Shown here one piece after another: positions 46,027 through 58,417 of a stretch of DNA of 64,000 nt. The position numbers and the translations under genes were made by a program. Source of the stretch: Zootoca vivipara. Taxonomy: Eukaryota. Each line of letters begins with the position of its first letter. Position 1 is the stretch's first letter. Below the pieces are notes generated by a model. The model was not told the origin of the DNA. It did no database searches and saw nothing but the letters and a program-made list of their open reading frames with translations. The stretch is taken from assembly GCF_963506605.1 (NCBI RefSeq), contig NC_083280.1, positions 20,708,001 through 20,772,000 of the forward strand, written 5' to 3'.

Positions 46027-48439
46027 CTAGAATAATTTATATCTTTATTTAACCATGCTGCGTCTGTCTAGAGGAATGAAACAAATGAGATAACGCATAA
46101 AGCACTCATTATTGGGGGTTTGTCTAATCCTGAAGCATTAAGTTGAAATGAAACCTTTTGATCTACTTGTCCCATGGATGATTTCAGCTAAGAAAATACA
46201 TGCTGGAATAAAATTATGCTAAACCAAAGGATAGTTTTAATAAGAATATGTTACTTTTATTTAAACTGGCATTAGAAAAAAGAGGCTCCTCAAAGAAAGC
46301 AAGTCTGATTCATTTCAATTCTACTTCTTGAAGGTTAACTGATTATATTTTTTAAAATGTTGCTGAAAAAATTCTTTTAAAGACTTGTTTTTACCTTAAA
46401 TCAATGACTAACAATAATAATTACAAAAAACAAAGATTAACAGTATTTATGTGTTGATAACACAATATATCCTTCTGGGAACTAATAGCAACAAAAACCC
46501 CAAGGAATTAAAAGCTGTTTGAATTTCAGTTAAGTACTCAGAGATGGGTACATTACATCTAACCATTTTTGTTTTTCTGCTAATACTATTTACTTTGTTA
46601 TTACTTTGTACCATAAGTCAAGAATGTGGGGATAAAATTTGTGTTTGCAAACTATTCAGAACTACAGTACAATGTATTTTAATTAGCTGGGGATTAGCAG
46701 AGGCATCCTAAACTTTTATTGTGATCATATATAGTCCAATTAATTACTGAGGGCTGTATTTATAAGAATGAAATATTAAATTCAGGTAAAAAGAAAACTG
46801 GAATAACGGTTGATTTTAGCCTTTTTGTGAAGCCAGTGTGCCTGTCCAAACAGGCAACTCTCTCTAGTGTTGAACAGCAGAAGAGCTAAAGACCAGAGCA
46901 TTACAAAGATAATGTGAGAGAAGAGGCTATGAATAAAAGCATTTTCCATTTCATGGAAAATAGTAAAACAAATGCTGTTAGCGAACTCCTCCCTCCCAAA
47001 TTAACAGTCTGCAGGCATAATTAGTTGCACTATTTTTCCTTTTACTTACATTACAATGAACTTTATTTTTTACACTTCTAAAACATTTAAACGACTCTCT
47101 AAAATGCAAAACACATTCTCCTATTGCTTGCAAGACATTATCTAATTTACATGCCAGTTTCTGTAATATATTACATGTATCAGGGCATCTAAAATGTTTC
47201 CCCCAAAAAACTATTCATAGAGGAACTCTCAGGTTATTACGATGTCAAAAAAATTCTGTATACACTTCTAAAATATATATTACATATGTATATCTCCCTG
47301 CACGGCTCCATTGTCCATTCACAATGCAAACATTTTCATAACCCTTAGTAATATTGTTAGGACAAAGAACAATGGTAAGTGTATGATGCTGTGTAATACC
47401 TTAAGTGGTTCTGTGTGTATTCATTTATGTATTTGAATTTGTCTGATACTACTTCAAAACCATGAATAAGTGAAAGATCATCTATAAATATTTATTCAGT
47501 TTGACTATTCTAAATTAGTTATTTTATGTAAATTACAATGAATGTCCAAAAGCACACGGGAATTCTAACAACCTTGCACATATCTGGTGAATGTCTGAGA
47601 AATGCAGATTGCCCATCACTTGTTTGTCACATAATGGTTATTGTTAACATTCACTAGTGAAACTTCTAATTTGAACATTTACTAGATGAGTGTTGGATTC
47701 CCCGGTGGTTGTCAATAGTTTTTTGCTTTCAAGAAATCCACTGTGTTATGTACACTTCTAAAATTTATTTATTTTGAAAAAATGATGTGTTACCTTCCAG
47801 GGTAAACCACACCCAACACAGCTTGTAACAAAACCATACTACATGGTATAAAATAAGTACAGAGGACACAATATAAAAAGTCCAGAATTATTTCATTATC
47901 AGCTATATACACACACAGTTTAAAAAATAAACTAAAACAATGCATTGTGCTTCTAAAGGGCAGCAATTATTTTTTCCCCAACAGTTCTCAGGAAAGTTTA
48001 TGTCTTACAAAGGCGGACTCTTTGAAGTGGTGCCTTGCAGTGGGTTTTATACTACATTTTATTAAAGAAAAAAAGTTAGTAGACTCTGATTGCACTAAGT
48101 ACTTAACAAAAATGTGACATTTTAAATTTACAACAGTTTCTAAATGTGATTGCCCAATATACATTAAATATAGGCACGAAAATTTTATATATTTTTGGAG
48201 ATGTAGAAATATGTACAGCACAGCTGTACTTCCAGCTGCAAAATATGAAAAGATACTTTTACAGCTAAATACGACAAACTTCTCTAGAGAAACTACAGAT
48301 TTACCGGAATATTAGCATGCTAATCATAGATCTGCAAAGGAGGGGAGAGGTACCCCAAAAAGGACAATGATTGTTAGGAAGGAATCAGTAAAAATTGACA
48401 GATAAAGCTCTGTAATAGCAATCAAGAGCTACCTCCCCA

Positions 48440-48819
48440 NNNNNNNNNNNNNNNNNNNNNNNNNNNNNNNNNNNNNNNNNNNNNNNNNNNNNNNNNNNNN
48501 NNNNNNNNNNNNNNNNNNNNNNNNNNNNNNNNNNNNNNNNNNNNNNNNNNNNNNNNNNNNNNNNNNNNNNNNNNNNNNNNNNNNNNNNNNNNNNNNNNNN
48601 NNNNNNNNNNNNNNNNNNNNNNNNNNNNNNNNNNNNNNNNNNNNNNNNNNNNNNNNNNNNNNNNNNNNNNNNNNNNNNNNNNNNNNNNNNNNNNNNNNNN
48701 NNNNNNNNNNNNNNNNNNNNNNNNNNNNNNNNNNNNNNNNNNNNNNNNNNNNNNNNNNNNNNNNNNNNNNNNNNNNNNNNNNNNNNNNNNNNNNNNNNNN
48801 NNNNNNNNNNNNNNNNNNN
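48440..48819. other. Assembly gap (N run)
   Basis: Ns. Confidence 1.
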
Positions 48820-49784
48820 TGTTGCCAACAGTTTTAAATGGACATTATTCATGAACATCTGTGACATGCTGAATATTCTGAGCTACAAATGATGAAAAAG
48901 CAGTGCTCCGTTTGACTTTAAAATTAATTCTATGGTCAAAACAATTAAGAATATAACTAACGTGCTTTCTGATTTTATTTTTAGCTATTATTTTCCCTTA
49001 TACTTCAGAAAGAAACCTATTTATGAAAAAAAGGTTTTTAAAACAAGTACCACATTATAAACTCTGTGCTGAAAACCAAAAATATTATACACAATCTTAC
49101 GCAAGGTAAAATCAACACAATGTTTTATTAGTGTGACTAATTTTCATCAGGTTGTTTTTACAGATTATGTAATTAGCTAGCTGCACTATTGGGTTTGTTG
49201 CCAAATGAAATGACATATCTGATTTCAAGACAATGCCATATTAAGTTACAGTGCACTTTTCTCAGCATATAACAATCAGTTATAGTAGATGAGAACAGAT
49301 CTTCCAAGTCAAATATATTACATTTATTACTTCTTACTCTGGTTATAGATATGAAAACAGAAATACAAGTAGGCAAAGGAGGAGGAGGAGGAGGAGGCAG
49401 CCATAATCACATTCCTGGTTCACAATTTGATTTTTTTTTTAAAATGAAAACTGTTTAAGATAAAAAAGCTGAATTCACTTTTTTAAAGACTAATTTGAAA
49501 CTTTTAAGCTCTTAAACTCAAGACTTTAGAATGAGCATTAAAAAAATAACAATGAATGTATAAAAATACCAAAAGAAAACCACAACCCTGTAGAATTTAT
49601 TTGACATGAAAAGGGCATAGGGAGACCAATTAAATGCTTAGGTGTTTATACACTAAAGTGTTCAACCCAAGTGGAAGAAATTGGAGTGCTTGGTAATAAA
49701 AAGCAAATATATAGCTGCCATGCCAAAAATATGAGAAAAAGTGAGAATCGGTGAAACACAGACAGGATCAGGGGTTGTCCTATA

Positions 49785-50063
49785 CAGAGGTTCCTCGACT
49801 TACGAACTTAATCCGTTCCGAATACACATTCGTGGTCAAAAAGTTTGTAAGTCGAAACGCGGCTTCCCATAGGAAAAAAAATATTCTGAAAAATTCATGT
49901 CGAGGAAACCGCATGTAAAAATCCGTAAGTCGAGGAAACCACATTTAAAGCTGCCAACGGTTTCCGTTCGTATGTAGAAAATTTCATAAGCGTGTGGCCA
50001 TTTGTCCCGTTCGTAAGTCGAAACCTACGGATGTCGAGTCATTCGTAAGTCGAGGGACCACTG
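49785..50063. mobile_element. Tigger/mariner-type MITE
   Basis: TIRs cagaggttcctcgacttacgaa and ttcgtaagtcgagggaccactg. TA TSD on both sides. Internal cgtaagtcga repeats. Confidence 0.88.
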
Positions 50064-50099
50064 TATGTCAAATAGGGTACAAGAGTTTAATCAACTAGA

Positions 50100-50175
50100 G
50101 CAGTGGTCCTGCTAGCTAAGGATGATGGGAGTTGTAGTCCCAAAACAGCTGGAGGCCCAAGGTTGAGGAACACTG
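50100..50175. mobile_element. Half copy of a URR1-like hAT MITE
   Basis: gatgatgggagttgtagtcc...ggttgaggaacactg, similar to 51469-51608. Confidence 0.65.
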
Positions 50176-51038
50176 AACTAGAGAACCTAAAAAGAACACA
50201 TCCCACAATGGTGTCTGTGAAATTTACAAAAACTGTTTCTTAAAAGTTTAAATTGGATTTTCGACCACCCATTTTTATTCGTTTTACTATAAAGCAGTTT
50301 GCACATGGGCAGTCTGATCTTGAGGTTTAACAGTTGCAACTTTCTGTGAAAGACAACCAAATTTCCTCTGAATGTGATGTGCATCAGCTACCACACTGAA
50401 CCTTGAGCTCAAGTGCTCCCTGCTCCCCTTTCTTTTTGGATGAAAGGACTGTGGAAGTTTTGCCTTCCCTTAACTGCACTTTGTCTTTTCAACTTACATG
50501 GCAAACTATGGTTGGCACAACACTGATTTCAAACAAGGCAACTTCAAACCATGGGTTTCTGAAGGTAGCTTATTTTAATTAACCATAGTTATAAATAAAA
50601 TGCCAGGTCAAGTAAAGTAGTTGGAGCTGATGCTGGTTGGAATGGAATGGCAAGGGAGTTAGGAAAAGGTCTGGGGAAGCCTGAAGGGGCCAGGAGCAGA
50701 GCAGCAACAGCAATAGCAGCAGCAAAGGTTGGCATCTGAAGGGAAGCAGAAGAAGCAACCCAGGAACTCATGTCCCTGCAGCTACTGGCAAGTAACAGCT
50801 GGTTCTTGTGAATCTAAGGTGACAGTTGTCGCTGAATCAGGTTGAAAACCGCAGTTGAAATCCTGCAAGAAGTCTGAAGGACTCCAAAGTGAAGGAAGTG
50901 AGGACCAAGTTGGAATTTACAGCTAAAGTGTAGTGAGTTGTATGCTAGCTGGAGGAGGAAGAAATATAAGCCACCACACATACCGTTAAATGCTTGCCAG
51001 AATAACCAATTTTTGATAAGGCACTAAGTATTCATTTA

Positions 51039-51286
51039 CAGTGGTACCTCAACTTACGAATGCCTCAACTTCCGAAGGTTTCAACTTCTGAACTCCGCAA
51101 ACCCGGAAGTATTTTCACCGCATGTGTGTTCTGCGCATGCGCAGAAGCGGTGCACGCGGTCTGCGCATGCGCAAAGTGCAAAATCACACTTCACGCATGC
51201 GCAAAATGGGCGCTTCGACTTCCAAAGGATTCAACTTCCGAAGAGCGCCGCGGAACGGATCGCCTTTGTAAGTCGAGGTACCACTG
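51039..51286. mobile_element. Tigger/mariner-type MITE
   Basis: TIRs cagtggtacctcaacttac and gtaagtcgaggtaccactg. TA TSD at 51037-51038 and 51287-51288. Confidence 0.9.
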
Positions 51287-51468
51287 TATATAATTAATTT
51301 ATGAGCTGGAGGAGGAGAGTGATGGCACAATTCGAAAGGGCTTAATTTGGGGAATAAAACTGTAACCTCACAAGCCACATTCTTAAAGGGATAGTAAGCA
51401 TATTGCTTATACAGTGCTATTCTAAGTTGCAGTAACTAAGTAGAACCAAAAGAACTAATCCTTTTAAC

Positions 51469-51608
51469 CAGGCTTCCTCAACCTCGGCCCTCCCATAATC
51501 CAACACTTTTGGCCTACAACTCCCATGATCCCTAGCTAGCAGGACCAGTGGTCAGGGATGATGGGAATTGTCTCAAAACATCTGGAGGGCCGAGGTGGAG
51601 GAAGCCTG
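51469..51608. mobile_element. URR1-like hAT MITE
   Basis: TIRs caggcttcctcaacctcggccctcc and ggagggccgaggtggaggaagcctg. TSD cttttaac/ctttaaac. Internal ctacaactcccat motif. Confidence 0.85.
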
Positions 51609-53539
51609 CTTTAAACAAACATTGTGCTTTATTAATATTGAGAATAATAAGCTTCAATAAATTTATAATGCCTCATTTGTAACTTTAAGCCTAGTGCTCT
51701 GGTCTGTGCTGTCCCCAGAGCAGAATGAAGAGGCACAGGGTGCTGCAAGGGAGAAGACAGGAAGGGCAAGTGCTTTGCAGCTTTGAAGCCAAGGACTTGC
51801 TTCTCCATTTTGGCAATGTAAGTCTACTCAGGCATTTTCTTCTTCTTCCACTCCATTTAAAATTAAAATTAAATACCGGTAATTAAAAATGAGTAAGAAT
51901 AAACAGAATATACAAATATACAATTCCCATCAACCACAGCCGGGATAGCCAATAGTCAGAAATAATAGATGCTGGAGTCTGGCAACATCATATTAACCAC
52001 CTTTGATCTATGCTATGATCTCCAAAAATGCTAGCATCTGGAATGTTGAGAAACTCCCACATGATTAGCAAACTGGAGGGACTGTTCACCATTTATAGGT
52101 ATATTCTACTTATTTTGTTTGCCAAATGATGTTGTGGCCTTTTGTTTTCCAACCAGACCCCTTTTTCCCTCTTCAGTGTGGCAGCAACAAGTCAAATACA
52201 CTATTTTACAATCTCCTCATTAAATTTGACAGATGACGTTTCTCTTTGCAGTTAACAACCAAATTTAACCTGACAGTTTTCCTGCAAACGTGAACTGTCT
52301 TATGCTAAAGCATGAACCTTACTTTCATCTGCCATTTTAAAAATGTCAGGTATCCGTACAAATGAAAATCATACAGATGACAAAAGATTTTGACTATGTA
52401 AAAGAAAGACATACAAATAAGATGTAGAAAATATATTTCTTCACCAAAATATACTACATGAACATATGTGAAATATATTTGTTTATGAACATGACATTAG
52501 TATAACCAGCTAACAACTCTGCAATTAAGAGGTATGTGATCATCCATTATTATCAGAGATGTGTGCATATGAAACATAAGCTATTAAATGCAGCTTCCAT
52601 TTCACAAGCAGAAATGTGTTCTGGCTGTCATCAGAAATCCATATTGGAAACTCTTGTTATTCCATTTTGCAGTTACAAATCTAAAAGCAGTGCTAAAAAG
52701 TTGAATTCAATGTATATAGTAATTGAGGTTTTTAGGTGGTGTAAAAGTACTTTTGTGATTATCATACCCTATGAATTAGTCCTATATATGCTTCTGTTAT
52801 GAAGGTAAGCAAAAAGAGCACTAAATGAAGTCAATAACAGTTAATTCAGAGCTTGATAAAACCCTCAAGGGCTGAGGCCTGTTGGAACAAAAAATACAAG
52901 AAGTATTAATGGTACAGGCCTGCAATAAATCTGTTGGCTACTGAGTAAAAAGTCTGACCAAGAACTGAAGGAAATCTAAGACAGCATGAAGAGGTTGGTA
53001 GCTCAACAAAACAATTCTATTAGCAGCACAAGATCTGTGCAACACCCAATACAGATGTAAAAACAACAAAATACTTTGTACCAAAAAAATGTCTAAATTA
53101 GTTACAACATTCAAAAAGTAATGTAACACTCCAGAATTCCTACAAGATTCTCTTAGTAGACAAAGTGAAAGTATAATTGAAAGGAAGTATAACTTAAATG
53201 GACTTATCTGGGGAACGGGTAAGAGAGAGCCCTAAATCTAATGCATCATATCCAAGTTGCTTTTCAAAAGCAGACAGAAAAGCAAATCACTACGTCAAAA
53301 ACAAACACAGCGGAACAAATATAAGCCATCACACATACCCTTAAATGCTTGCCAGAATAACCAATAACCAGGCACTAAGTATTCATTTATATAATTAATT
53401 TATGAATAGCTTCCCATAAATCATCCCAAAGCAATTCAGCAAAAAACACCAACAATTAAGAAAACATATTTAAGAACCATTTCAATTCCAACAAAGATAC
53501 AGATTAGGATAAAATATCCATTTAAAAGGCTTGATGGAA

Positions 53540-54260
53540 AACTTGTTGTTCAACAACTTGGACCCAGAATACCTTAAGGGCCAAGGTATATCCCAGCTTG
53601 ATCTCTGAGATAATCTGGAAGAGTGCTGCTAGATGTCCCTTGTGTTTCAGAGATCTGTCAGACTCCCACTAGAAGTCCGGTATTTAGTGTTGTCGGTTCC
53701 ATACTGTGCAACACTTTTCCAGCAGAGATTTGGCAGGCATCCTTGCTTTTGACTTTCAGGCATCTTTTGAAGACCTTTTTATACCTATACAGTTGTTTCT
53801 GATTAGCCAGTAATTCTAATGCCCTGATGTCTTATAACAACATGGCAAACAAACGAACAATAGGCCCCGAAACAATAAGAGAATCAGCGTCTGTCTGAAA
53901 TGTAAAGGGAGGAAGTCCCAAAGCGTAAGAGACACCGCACTCAAGGCCCAATCCCTATACTTTACGGAATGGATCTCCTGATGAGAAGGTATCTGTGAGA
54001 GGCCTACTCCTGCAAAGTGCAGTGGTTGGTTGGGTATATAAGAGGAGAGAGAATCTTTGAGGTATCCTTGGCCCAGGAAATATGGGGCTTTGTACTCCAC
54101 TACTAGAACCATAGACATAGCCCAGGAGCTAACACTGCAATTCTTTCAGCAGCAGTATAACATGATAGCAATATTCTATCCCAGTGAGCAGCCGAGACAC
54201 CGCATTTTGCACTTGCTCTAGCTCCTGGACCAATCTCAGGGATAGTCTAATCTGGAGGTT
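53540..54260. mobile_element. Two older L2-like LINE fragments in opposite orientation (plus about 53540-53790, minus about 53850-54260)
   Basis: Minus-strand peptides LEQVQNAVSRLLTG and YKAPYFLGQGYLKDSL...LWDFLP. Plus strand ttggacccagaataccttaagg...ttcaggcatcttttgaagacc. Confidence 0.6.
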
Positions 54261-54583
54261 ATCAGTACATGGACCACAGTGGTCAGGCTTGTTAGATCCA
54301 GAAATGCCTGTAGCTATCTTATCAGGCAAAGCTCCCAGCCACTGAGGTCACATGGGACGTTAGTGACAGAGTTGGGCCTAGGAGCAGACGAAACTGTTTC
54401 TTCAAGGGGAGTACAACCCCATCCACAACAAGAAGGCAACCAATTATCCAGACTTGGGACTACTATCCCATCGCAGTTACATCTTGCCATGATTCAGACT
54501 CAGTTTGTTGGCCCTCCACAGTCCACCACTGTGTTGGGCACTGATCCAGGGCTTGCATGGTCTTTTCTGATTCAAAAAAAGTT

Positions 54584-55039
54584 TGTTGTTGTTTAGTCAT
54601 TTAGTCATGTCCAACTCTTTATGACCCCATGGACCAGAGCAGCTTCAAGAACATTGTCCAATCATCTCATCCTCTGTCGTCCCCTTCTCCTTGTGCCCTC
54701 AATCTTTCCCAACATCAGGGTCTTTTCCAGGGAGTCTTCTCTTCTCATGAGGTGGCCAAAGTATTGGAGCCTCAGCTTCATGATCTGTCCTTCCAGTGAG
54801 CACTCAGGGCTGATTTCCTTCAGAATGGATAGGTTTGATCTTCTTGCAGTCCATGGGACTCTCAAGAGTCTCCTCCAGCACCATAATTCAAAAGCATCAA
54901 TTCTTCGGCGATCAGCCTTCTTTATGGTCCAGCTCTCACTTCCATACATCACTACTGGGAAAACCATAGCTTTAACTATACAGACCTTTGTCGGCAAGGT
55001 GATGTCTCTGCTTTTTAAGATGCTGTCTAGGTTTGTCAG
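54584..55039 (-). mobile_element. BovB LINE 3' fragment
   Basis: Same BovB peptide (track ORF 54662..54997) and gttgttgtttagtc tail. Confidence 0.95.
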
Positions 55040-57176
55040 CGGTTATCATCAAAATACCAATGAAGCATCACTATATGGAAGTCCAGAAAAACACTATGGT
55101 TCAGGAGTCGTCAACATGGTGCCCATAAGCACCAGTGTGCCAACCCAGTACCTCCAATGCACCTACAAAATTTATCAGTAAATATCTTGTTTGCTCTCCT
55201 GCTCAGACTTGTTTGCACTGGTTCCGCCTCTCCTATCCTGAACATGCCCCCTTAAACTGGCCCACATTTCATCAGATGCCAGGTATAGGCACCCATCCTA
55301 CATTCCATTCTGAACAGAGGACAGGTGCAAATAGCTTTTGTGGCTTCCAAGAGTATATGGGCTTCCTCATTGAACTGAGTACCCCAGGCAGCCATTCTCA
55401 ACCCAAAACTCCAAGGCTTAATTCTCTGCCAGGAGCTTATTTTGGCTTAAATGATGATTCTATCCAGACAGGAAATTTTAACGTGTAATTTTAATTTATT
55501 ATGTGCATGTTTAACCATTGCTGATTTTACTCATATTTTGATAATTCTTTAGGGGAGCCTGTTTTTAAAGTTTGATTTTTGGGGAAATATTTTTAATCAG
55601 CATTTATATTTTGTGAAAAATGCTTTGAAGTTAAGGTTGATTAAGCGGTTCGTATATAAATCCTGTTAAATAAATACACAAGAGGCACGACTTCCCAATG
55701 GTCCGCCCCCCCCCCACTTCTATCAGGGTACCCAAAATAGCATAAACACACATGCTCTTTTAAAGGGAAGCTGTTGTCTGGAAGTGATGTCAAAGACTTG
55801 GTAGAGGCCCACTTAATAATTGAATATGTGTACTTATTTCTGGGGGAATGAAGAGAAAACCTTTGAGGGCAAACACAAAAGCCAGCAGGATTTAGTGTAT
55901 ATTAAGTGAAAACTCATAAGGCAGACAACCAAAAGGATTTGACACCTGGCATCAAAAGAGAGAAGAAGGTACATCAAGGAGAGATTTGTGTAAAAAAGTT
56001 ATTGCTGATGCCAAGACACTCTCAATTACACAGCCAATAGCCTTGAAGAAGCCACAGCTGACTTTGAAAACAGCATGCCTCAATATTCTTAAAATGAATA
56101 AGTACTCTATATCAGAAACCAATGATCCACACACAATTTTGAGAGAAACAAATTCTGAGAAACTTTGCTGGATTTTTAGCTTAAATCCATTATCTAAAAT
56201 AATAATTCGCTCACTATTTGTCTTATTAAATACCAATGAGAAAAGAATCAAAACTGCCTATGCACACTGCTTACAAATTCAGTGGATGAGTTTTAGATTT
56301 TAGTCTTGTATAAGGAGAAATATGAAGAAATGCTATTATATGCAAGCAATTTATCTTCACTACATATAGTGGTTTACTCTTGGAGTTGTGCCAAACCTAT
56401 CTGAGCTTCAGTAGCTGCATTAAGAGAAAGCTGTACTGATATTATGAGGAATATGAACAGGAATACATTGCTTAGGATTTAGGTACAGGATTTTTCTACA
56501 TGGATTTGCCTGTAACTATTACATTTTTAATACATTCAGAGCAAAGGTGGTTTAGAAGGCCATGCATTAAATCTGTAAGATTTGAAATATGTGTTAACAA
56601 AGACCTGGTTTCTTGAACAAGTATTTAAGTAAGATTTGTTGTCAGCACAGAAAGTCTTCTCCAAGGACATGTTTCATAATATACACAAGCATCTTGCTCA
56701 TTTGGAACCTTGAAAGTCCCAACTTCCCTCTCATAACTCTGAGGGAATAATATTAGCACAGACATGTGCACCAATATATTTGTATACAGCTACAAGAAGA
56801 TAATAAATAAGCAGTATTATTCAGCATAAGTAACTACGGTAGATAAAACCCACCAATTACATTGTATCTGTCAAGTTTTAATCCAAGTCGTTGCGGTCTA
56901 ACGCTTAATATCCTTTACTTTGTTATTCAACAGAGGAAAACAATAAAAGTATTTTGAAATACTAACTAGAAGTATTAATGCTCAGTGTTAACTATGCTGA
57001 GATCTTTTATGAAAATCTTCAAGAATGGGCACTTGTGTGTCCTGAAATATTGAAAACAGCTGTTCAGACCAGTTATCCACGTACCGGTATTTCATGGATG
57101 GCTGTAGTTCTGAACTCATACAGGACCCTGGAGTAGTAGGACAGTGAGTTTTTGAAAAAAAGATAAAATCATGGTA

Positions 57177-57523
57177 AAGGTAAAGGGACCCCTGACCATT
57201 AGGACCAGTCACGGACGACTCTGGGGTTGCGGCGCTCATCTCGCTTTACTGGCCGAGGGAGCCAGCGTACAGCTTCCGGGTCATGTGGCCAGCATGACAA
57301 AGCCGCTTCTGGCGAACTAGAGCAGCACACAGAAACGCCGTTTACCTTCCCGCCAGAGCGGGACCTATTTATCTACTTGCACTTTGTGCTTTTGAACTGC
57401 TAGGTTGGCAGGAGCAGGGACCGAGCAACGGGAGCTCACCCCGTCAAGGGGATTCGAACTGCCGACCTTCTGATCGGCAAGCCCTAGGCTCTGTGGTTTA
57501 ACCCACAGCACCACCTGCGTCCC
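57177..57523 (-). mobile_element. Full-length Sauria SINE
   Basis: Complete head (box A/B) to (ACCTTT)n tail on the minus strand. 13-bp TSD taaaatcatggta at 57164-57176 and 57527-57539. Confidence 0.93.
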
Positions 57524-57799
57524 TTTTAAAATCATGGTAGGCAACATCTACTGTGTTCATTCCCCAAGTTTGTGGGCTCTTAATATACTCTTTCAAATCA
57601 GACTTCTTCTTGTTGTTGTTTGGGTCCTTGCTAGCACACACGCTTGCAGAGCTAATTTGCAATTGTAAAAATATACAATGTGGTATTCATTGGCACAACT
57701 TGCCCACTCATGACATAGATCAAGGACAGCAGACGGAGCACTTCTGCATATGCACTAAGACAGGCACATCCAACTTTCAGGAGACTGTGATCTACTCCC

Positions 57800-58185
57800 A
57801 CTATAAAAAAAACTGGGGGAGAATGAAACTATCCTTTTGGGGTACAATTTCAGTGATTAAGATGAATATGCTGCCAAAGATGTTATTTTTATTTCAGTCA
57901 ATCCCAATTATAAATGGAGTATGTAATTTTAAAGAATGGCAAAAAATAATTACAAGATTCATCTGGCAAGGGAAGAAACCAATAATTAAATTTAAATTGC
58001 TCACAGATACCGTACTAAGGAAAGAGGATGTTTCTCTTTACCAGATTTGAAATTGTATTATGAAGCTTCATGGCTTTGTTGGTTAAGGGATTGGATTTTA
58101 TTTTATTTTTTAAAAAATACAGCTCTATTAGATCTGGAAGGATTTGATAATAGATTTGGTTGGCACGCATACTTATGGTATTTTT
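57800..58185 (+). mobile_element. L1-clade LINE ORF2 internal fragment
   Basis: KLSFWGTISVIKMNMLPKMLFLFQSIPI...FIWQGKKP, followed by LPDLKLYYEA and FGWHAYLW in other frames. This is the post-RT region of L1 ORF2. Confidence 0.85.
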
Positions 58186-58244
58186 TTGCTAATGATTGGT
58201 TGCACTATTGTCAAATAAATTAAATTTTTAGAGAAGACTGACGA

Positions 58245-58417
58245 GTGTTGTTGAGTTTTGGGGGGAGAAGCTAAATCAGAGCTTTTTGGGGGGAACAATC
58301 AGCCAAATTTGTTGAGCTTTTTTGGGGGGGCACTCTGGGTCCTGCGATTGACTGGGATTTACCAGGGAAACCTCATGATCGACCAGAAGATTGCGATCGA
58401 CCTGTTGGACAGCCCTG
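58245..58417 (+). mobile_element. 3' fragment of the same hAT MITE family as 919-1297
   Basis: Shares gttgttgagcttt, gcgatcgacct and the terminal ...ccctg. Confidence 0.6.

Noticed and set aside
49785-50063. CRISPR-like or satellite array of cgtaagtcga repeats
   Set aside because: Irregular subterminal repeats inside a TA-flanked MITE in eukaryotic DNA; no repeat-spacer periodicity.
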